From NCBI GenBank assembly GCA_965208835.1, contig OZ242358.1, positions 4,256,001 through 4,320,000 on the forward strand: a stretch of DNA of 64,000 bases, in the 5' to 3' direction. The notes below the pieces were generated by a model. The model was not told the DNA's origin. It searched no databases and saw only the letters and a list, made by a program, of their open reading frames with translations. The stretch comes from Candidatus Latescibacterota bacterium. Lineage in GTDB: Bacteria; Latescibacterota; UBA2968; GCA-2709665. The stretch's first letter is position 1. Each line of letters opens with the position of its first letter. Made by a program: the position numbers and the translations under genes. Shown one piece after another: positions 58,185 to 64,000 of this stretch.

Positions 58185-58290
58185 TCTCACGTCCAATAAG
58201 ACGCCGCCAAGCCCTTCGGTCAATCCGGAGCGATCCGAATGGACGCGACAGCGATACCGTTGCACTGGGCCTCGCTGCGAGGAGGATGAA

Positions 58291-58806
58291 TTGAGAATTC
58301 TGCCGTATCAGAACGCAACACCGGAAATTGACGATTCCGTATTCCTTGCCGACGGAGCGATACTTGTCGGCAAGGTGTATGTCACGTCAGAGGTGAGTAT
58401 CTGGTTCAACGCCGTGTTGCGCGGTGACGAGGAGCCGATCCGGATCGGCAAGGGATCCAATATCCAGGACGGAGCGGTCCTGCATACTGATCCGGGATGT
58501 CCCTGTACCGTGGGCGAGTACGTTACAGTCGGTCACAACGCGATTCTGCACGGGTGTCTTATAGATCGTGGGGCGACTATAGGAATGGGCGCAACGGTGT
58601 TGAATCACGCACGGGTCGGCGAGGAATCTCTCGTCGCGGCGAATGCGCTGGTCCTCGAGGGTATGGAGATCCCGCCCCGGACGCTGGCCGCGGGTGTGCC
58701 GGCCAGGGTAAGGCGGGAGTTGACGGAGGAGGAGATCGCGAATTTCAGGAAGAATACGGATGGGTATGTCAGAAGGAGGGGAGTCTACAAGGGGCGAGAC
58801 CGCTGA
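58291..58806 (+). CDS. Gamma carbonic anhydrase family (YrdA/CaiE-like) protein
   Basis: WFNAVLRGD, SNIQDGAVLH, TVGHNAILHGC hexapeptide repeats; GGAGG before TTG. Confidence 0.9.
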   Translation: MRILPYQNATPEIDDSVFLADGAILVGKVYVTSEVSIWFNAVLRGDEEPIRIGKGSNIQDGAVLHTDPGCPCTVGEYVTVGHNAILHGCLIDRGATIGMGATVLNHARVGEESLVAANALVLEGMEIPPRTLAAGVPARVRRELTEEEIANFRKNTDGYVRRRGVYKGRDR

Positions 58807-58912
58807 GTTGAGCATTGAGATTCGCCGAAGGCGGGCCCCTGAGGTTTGGCGCCCGCCATTATTGTGGCACCACCGTTTGTTTTTGGTCGCTGAGGAAGTG
58901 AGTGTGAAGGTG

Positions 58913-58957
58913 CTTGACTCGCAGCCGCAAACTGGCAGCTTGCGGCTGCGAGTCAAG
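58913..58957. repeat. Perfect 18-bp inverted repeat with a 9-nt loop
   Basis: CTTGACTCGCAGCCGCAA / TTGCGGCTGCGAGTCAAG. Confidence 0.8.
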
Positions 58958-58967
58958 GCTGGATACT

Positions 58968-59345
58968 TTGGCACAAGAATCTGACATAACCGAGAGGTTC
59001 GAACGCGGCATCCGCGAATTCAATGCCGGCGACTTCTATACGTCTCACGACACGTGGGAGGACGTCTGGATGGATGTGCGGGGATCCGAAAGACCCTTCT
59101 TTCAAGGTATGATTCAAGTGGCTGTCGGCTTCTATCACCTGACATGTGAGAATTATGCGGGCGCCGAACACCTGTTGACCCGGGGCATCCGAAAACTCAG
59201 GCCGTACAAACCCGGCCACCGGGGAGTCGACACCGAGTACCTCGTTCGCGAAGCGTCAACGGCACTGGCCGAGGTCCTCGACGTGCGCGGGGGAAGACGC
59301 AAGACATACTCTTCGGAAATCGCGCCCAGGATTCGACGCGCATGA
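58968..59345 (+). CDS. DUF309 domain protein
   Basis: FNAGDFYTSHDTWEDVW, QGMIQVAVGFYH; start uncertain. Confidence 0.82.
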   Translation: MAQESDITERFERGIREFNAGDFYTSHDTWEDVWMDVRGSERPFFQGMIQVAVGFYHLTCENYAGAEHLLTRGIRKLRPYKPGHRGVDTEYLVREASTALAEVLDVRGGRRKTYSSEIAPRIRRA

Positions 59346-59391
59346 TCTTTCGGATGATGACTTAAACCAAAAAGGGCCTCCTGCCCTCTTT

Positions 59392-61560
59392 CTATTTCTC
59401 TACATGAAAAATGGCCGTACGCATGGCGGACTGTAAACTGTTCAGGTCGGTCACGGATACCCTGACGCGACTGAAGCCGGGTTTGAGGTTCCCGGCGTCC
59501 AGTTCGAAGTAGATTGCCTCGGTAGCGTCAGCGCCTGTCCGGTCGTAGCTCACAACCACCTCCTCTTTTTCGGCTGAAATAATCCTCCGTACCAGCGACG
59601 ATAACGCGCCGAAGACCCCCTTCCCCAGGCGGGCATCCCGCTGAATGGAGTAGGAAACTCGGTATCTGGTTCTTCCAAATGCGTCTGTCCGCAGGTTATA
59701 CAGTTCATAGTAAATGTGTATATTCGTGTCCTGCCGGTAGCTCCGGCTTGGCATCGGTACCGCCCAGAGGTTTTCCTTTCTGAACTTTCCTTCCCGTGTC
59801 GATTCCCGGATGTCCCAGCACATTTGCAGATCGCTGATTGCCAGCGAATCCACATAATCAGGGACGTTCAAGTCCTGCAGGTACACCCCCCATTTGCCTG
59901 AGATCCGGTCCACAAGCTGTACAGCAAGCCGGTAGTCTCCAGGTCAGACGTCAATCCGGATCAGGTCCGGTGCAAAAGTGCCGCGCGCAGCCTGTTCGCC
60001 TTGAGGCGCCGGAAAAACCAGGTCTGTCTGCCGCCGACAGTATACGTCGCCACTCGCGTCCGTTAACGCCGCCACCATCCTGACGTTGGAGAGTTCGCTT
60101 CCTGCCGTCTCTTCGCTCTCCACCAGGTCCAAAGGAATGCCGAAATAGACCTCCACCGCCGCGGCGCCACCGTCGGAGCCGCGGAAACTGGCCGTGTCGT
60201 AGTAGAACTCGAGGTGGTCCATCCCGGGAGGAACGTCGTAGAAATCCGGCATTGTCTGTGTCGCCTTCCGGTAAACCACTGCCGGACTCAGCGACAATAT
60301 CCTTGGGGTCAGGCTAATGTCGTTGCCGGGTACGCCAATCAGAAAGTCCCAATCTCCGTCGAACCATTTATCCTTGAAAATCAGTTGCAGTCCGCCTGCG
60401 ACTTTCGTGTATACCCACTCCTCCTTCTTGGCGGACTTGTCTTTCAGAGTCCATCCTTGCGGCCTCTCCCGATCCGATTTGGTGTCGTAAACGCCGTAGA
60501 TCTGCTGCCCGTGCACGTCGCGTATCCGCTGGACCTCCAGGCTCGGCGGATACGCGTTTACCCTGTCCGAACGCGCACGATATTCAGGCTCTCCATACCG
60601 GATGTAGACCTCTCCTCGCCGGTCCCACGGGAATACTTTCTCCCCGAAAAACGTCCGGGCATGCCACACCCTCCGATAGTGCTCCGCCTCCCGCGCCTTC
60701 CCCGCTGACACCAGCGCCATATCTCTCTTCTTCCAGAAGGACCGCAGCCATTCTTCACGTTCCCTGCCGGATCTGGCCTCGTAGGTCTCGAGTTCCTCCG
60801 GGAAGGTCACCAGCGACAAATCCTCATATAACGCCCTTTCGCTGTCGGGTAATGCATGGAAATAATCCTGGAAAAGCGCAACAGCCTGCTCCGGATCGCC
60901 CAGCGCCGCCCATGCCTGAGCGGCCAGCGGCAGAAGCCGTGAATCCGATGAAGTATCCGTGATGGCGGGTTCAAGCACCTCCAACGCTTCCTGATAATTG
61001 TGTAGTTCGATGTACGTCATGGCGAGACCTTGATACCCCCGTATATCTCCGGGCATGATCTCGAGATAGCGATTGTAGAGGGCAATTCTCTTTTCAGGGA
61101 AGAGGCTGTCCCTGAACCAGTCCCCCAGCATCAGATAGGCCGGCGCATAGGTCGGATGCGCCTCGATCACGTCCTTCAAGGCATGCTCTGCATTCAGGTC
61201 GCCAAGCTGGATGTGCAACCGTGCGATATTCATTCGCGCTTCGAGGTAACCCTCATTAACCCCCAGCGCGCGGCGGAAATACTCGAATGCCTTCCGCTTG
61301 ACCGCCTTCGGGTCGCGTCCGTATGCCAGTCCCATCCCATTGTACGCCGCAGCCGCGGAATCTCCTCTCGCGCCTTGCCGAAATGCCTTCCTGGCATCTT
61401 CGAAATTACCGCGCTCAAGGTAGGCGTACCCCAGACCGACCCAGTCTCGTTCGTTGCGCAGCGCATCCAGCGAGTCCGCGGGACTCGCTGCAACACTTTC
61501 GCAGAAAAATCGAAATACTGGAAGCAGCACGGCCAATACAATAAACAGATTTGGTTTCAT
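59392..61560 (-). pseudogene. TPR + GWxTD-domain secreted protein interrupted by one in-frame TGA (59944-59946)
   Basis: TPR repeats, AEHYRRVWHAR, WDRRGEVYIRYGEP; frame continues ...LIRIDV*PGDYRLAVQLVDRISGK. Confidence 0.72.
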
Positions 61561-61855
61561 TGGCATTCCTTAACCTTCCAGGAAGAGGGCGTCATCCTGA
61601 TCTTCCTTCCCTGTGTCTGGATTCACAAAATAAAATATCCCTTCGTATACTGGCGGGATTTCTGCAGATCGTCCCGCCAACAAATAAGGACACGGATTTG
61701 TCCATTCCGGTTCGGTAAAATGTGCCTATGGAACTGAAGACGCGATCGAGCCTACGCACGCACGACACAGGCTTCATTCTTCAGGAATTGAGATCCCCAT
61801 GCGCTTCCTTCCGCAGTATGCGTCTATCGGAGCGTCCGGTTTCAGATAGTGTTCG

Positions 61856-61884
61856 TTGACATGAACGGGTGGCTCCCGTATATT
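61856..61884 (+). promoter_or_regulatory. Sigma70 promoter for the SDR-GNAT genes
   Basis: TTGACA-N17-TATATT. Confidence 0.65.
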
Positions 61885-61971
61885 CGTTTATGGCGGTTAG
61901 CTGTTACCATTTAGCAATGTAGCCGATGGCTAAGTCGCAATTTCGACCCAACCACTCCAGAGGAGAATTCA

Positions 61972-62760
61972 ATGCGGTTAGAGGGTAAAGTCGCCTGGAT
62001 TACGGGCGGCGGCGCGGGCATCGGCAAGGCCGTGGCGATGCGGTTTGCGAAGGAAGGCGCGAAGGTGGTTGTATTGGAACTCGATCGGGACCGCGGGGAG
62101 ACCGTGGTTGAGGCGATCGAACGGGCGGATGGCGACGCAGCGCTCGTCGTGGGCAGTGCGACTGATCCGACGGACGTCAATCGCGCGTGTGATAAAGCCG
62201 TGGAAACATATGGCGGCCTTGATATTCTGGTAAACAACGCCTATTTTTGCCACGGGTCCCACATCCTGGATATCGATCCGGATTTATGGGACCGAAATAT
62301 AGAGGGATGCCTGAAGAGCGCCTACCTCTGCAGCCGCGCGGCACTTCCGCGGATGATCGATCGTGGCGGCGGATCCATTGTAAACATATCGTCCGTCAAC
62401 GCGATCATGTCGTTTGGGGAGAGTGCATACAGCGCAGCGAAGGCAGGTGTCATCTCGCTCACCAAAACCACAGCGGTGGATCACGGACCCGGGGGCGTGC
62501 GCGTGAATGCAATCTGCCCCGGCACCGTCATCACGGAGGGGTGGCAGCACGTCCTTGAGAAGGACCCGGAGATATTCGAACGTATCGCCGAGGTTTATCC
62601 GCTCAAACGCGTGGGCAGACCTGAAGAAATAGCGAATGTAGCGCTCTTTCTTGCCTCGGACGAGGCGTCGTTCGTCACCGGTTCGGTTGTGGTGGCCGAC
62701 GGGGGCGTGACGTCGGGAAATCCCACTTTTCTGGATCATGTTGAAGGTAAACTCTCGTGA
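61972..62760 (+). CDS. Classical SDR family oxidoreductase
   Basis: TGGGAGIG, NNA, NISS, YSAAK, RVNAICPG. Confidence 0.92.
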   Translation: MRLEGKVAWITGGGAGIGKAVAMRFAKEGAKVVVLELDRDRGETVVEAIERADGDAALVVGSATDPTDVNRACDKAVETYGGLDILVNNAYFCHGSHILDIDPDLWDRNIEGCLKSAYLCSRAALPRMIDRGGGSIVNISSVNAIMSFGESAYSAAKAGVISLTKTTAVDHGPGGVRVNAICPGTVITEGWQHVLEKDPEIFERIAEVYPLKRVGRPEEIANVALFLASDEASFVTGSVVVADGGVTSGNPTFLDHVEGKLS

Positions 62761-63662
62761 ACGCATCGTTTCTGTTGATGGACGGGGCCGTTTCAACTCA
62801 GGATCTCGCGGACCTGATGACGCGATGTGCAGACGGAGCAGGAGACGTAACGCCGCCGACCGGGGAGTTCCTCGAAAATTTGAGAAACGACGGGACTGTG
62901 CTGGCGTTCGACGGACCGACGCTCGCGGGTGTCTGCGCAATGTCGTTTTCGGACGCCGAGCGGGTCGCGACACTGAGTTTCATAGGGGTACATCCCGGCC
63001 GCCGGCGTGCGGGGTTGGGGCGACGCCTGCTGTTGGAAGCGGAAGGGGTTGCCCGCGAAAACGGCATTCAGGCATTACGGACCGGCTCGGCTGTCGACAG
63101 CGACAATGCGGCCGCAACAGGACTCCTGAAACAAGCAGGATGGAAACCCGTGTTCGGCGCGAGCCTGAAAATGTGGCGGGAACTTAACGACCTTCCCGTT
63201 GCAAGGACGCCGGCGGGGTACCGGATCAGGACCTACGAGACCGGCGATGACACGGCATTCGTCCGCATCAAGAATGCGGCGTTCATAAGTGAGAACACAG
63301 GCGGAAGGGCCTGGACGTCGGCTGACTTCGAAAAGGAATATCTGGACTCGCCGTATTTTGATCCGAAGCGCGTCCTGTTTGCGGTCTGCGGCGACGAACC
63401 CGTGGGCACAACCACCGCCTGGACGGCGATGTATCAGGGCAGGGATGTCGGGCTGATTCACTGGGTAGCGGTTGTACCGGAACACCGGAGCAAGGGTCTG
63501 GGTTGGGTGTTGAACGTGCGCGCGCTGCACAAATTGAAAGCGCTTGGGTACGGCGAGGCCATCCTGAACACGAGTGAAAAGCTGGAATCCGCGGTTCGCC
63601 TGTACCGCCGTCTGGGTTTCGAAGTCATCTTACGGCGCGCGGCGTACGAGAAACCGCTTTAG
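62757..63662 (+). CDS. Tandem-GNAT acetyltransferase (MshD-like architecture)
   Basis: Two motif-A sites, VHPGRRRAGLG and VVPEHRSKGLG; LYRRLGF. Confidence 0.82.
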   Translation: MNASFLLMDGAVSTQDLADLMTRCADGAGDVTPPTGEFLENLRNDGTVLAFDGPTLAGVCAMSFSDAERVATLSFIGVHPGRRRAGLGRRLLLEAEGVARENGIQALRTGSAVDSDNAAATGLLKQAGWKPVFGASLKMWRELNDLPVARTPAGYRIRTYETGDDTAFVRIKNAAFISENTGGRAWTSADFEKEYLDSPYFDPKRVLFAVCGDEPVGTTTAWTAMYQGRDVGLIHWVAVVPEHRSKGLGWVLNVRALHKLKALGYGEAILNTSEKLESAVRLYRRLGFEVILRRAAYEKPL

Positions 63663-63698
63663 GGTGACCGCAAGCCGTCCGTCATTGCACAGCGTTAA

Positions 63699-63815
63699 CC
63701 ATGATTCGTATGTTTTCGTGGACGTTAACGAAAAAATGTCCTTCCTTACGACCATTTCGGCCCGTATCGAAAAATTCCGTCGCGGTGCCGGGTTGCGATT
63801 TTTGCGGAATTTAGG
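63699..63815. mobile_element. MITE family D, copy 2 (117 bp, TTAA on both sides)
   Basis: TTAA|CCATGATTCGT...GCGGAATTTAGG|TTAA; matches 53365-53555. Confidence 0.7.
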
Positions 63816-63857
63816 TTAAATACTGCAGCGTGGAATCGGAAAGTCAGGATTGCAGAT

Positions 63858-64000
63858 ATGAAGCGTTGTCTGGGATTACTTCTGATCATTTGCATGGGCT
63901 GCGGATCGTCGGATCCCGTAGGGGTGGTCGAACCTCCTCCCGGCCCCTCCGAAGAGATGCTGTCGGTCGCCGCGTCGGATTTTAACGCGTACCTCGTCAA
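63858..64000 (+). CDS. Putative lipoprotein, 5' part only
   Basis: MKRCLGLLLIICMGC lipobox-like signal followed by a Pro-rich linker. Confidence 0.6.
   Translation, partial: MKRCLGLLLIICMGCGSSDPVGVVEPPPGPSEEMLSVAASDFNAYLV

Noticed and set aside
59900-59946. Selenocysteine recoding of the in-frame TGA
   Set aside because: Only a weak GCTGTACAGC hairpin follows, the context is not a Cys/redox motif, and no sel genes are in the window.

Overview
GC-rich (~60%) bacterial chromosomal segment; the gene repertoire (PhyH dioxygenase, Gfo/Idh/MocA, heparinase II/III, TPR-GWxTD protein, many sugar isomerases) resembles Latescibacterota/Gemmatimonadota-type genomes (inference only). Core content: frdABCD, fumC with a divergent LysR regulator, a GDP-deoxysugar mini-cluster, MeaB plus a B12-binding mutase subunit, an ABC-2 exporter, nfeD-nfeD'-floA-yqfB-like, tRNA-Leu(CAA), tRNA-Met(CAT), a DUF4160/DUF2442 toxin-antitoxin pair and argR-C-B-D-G-H. 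The most interesting signal is a 26-codon, Arg-rich (RRRR, no CGC codons) ORF coupled to the argR stop codon, followed by mutually exclusive RNA stems over the argC ribosome-binding site: a candidate arginine-sensing leader-peptide attenuator inside an ArgR operon. Other notable items: a degenerate primase-like gene coupled to argH, a secreted protein with two apparently dead protease domains, a His-for-Lys ColD-like enzyme, an aspartyl protease remnant with an in-frame deletion, a GWxTD gene split by one in-frame TGA, and at least four families of small non-autonomous repeats/MITEs, several coinciding with stop codons. All calls are by motif recognition only; no database searches were run.
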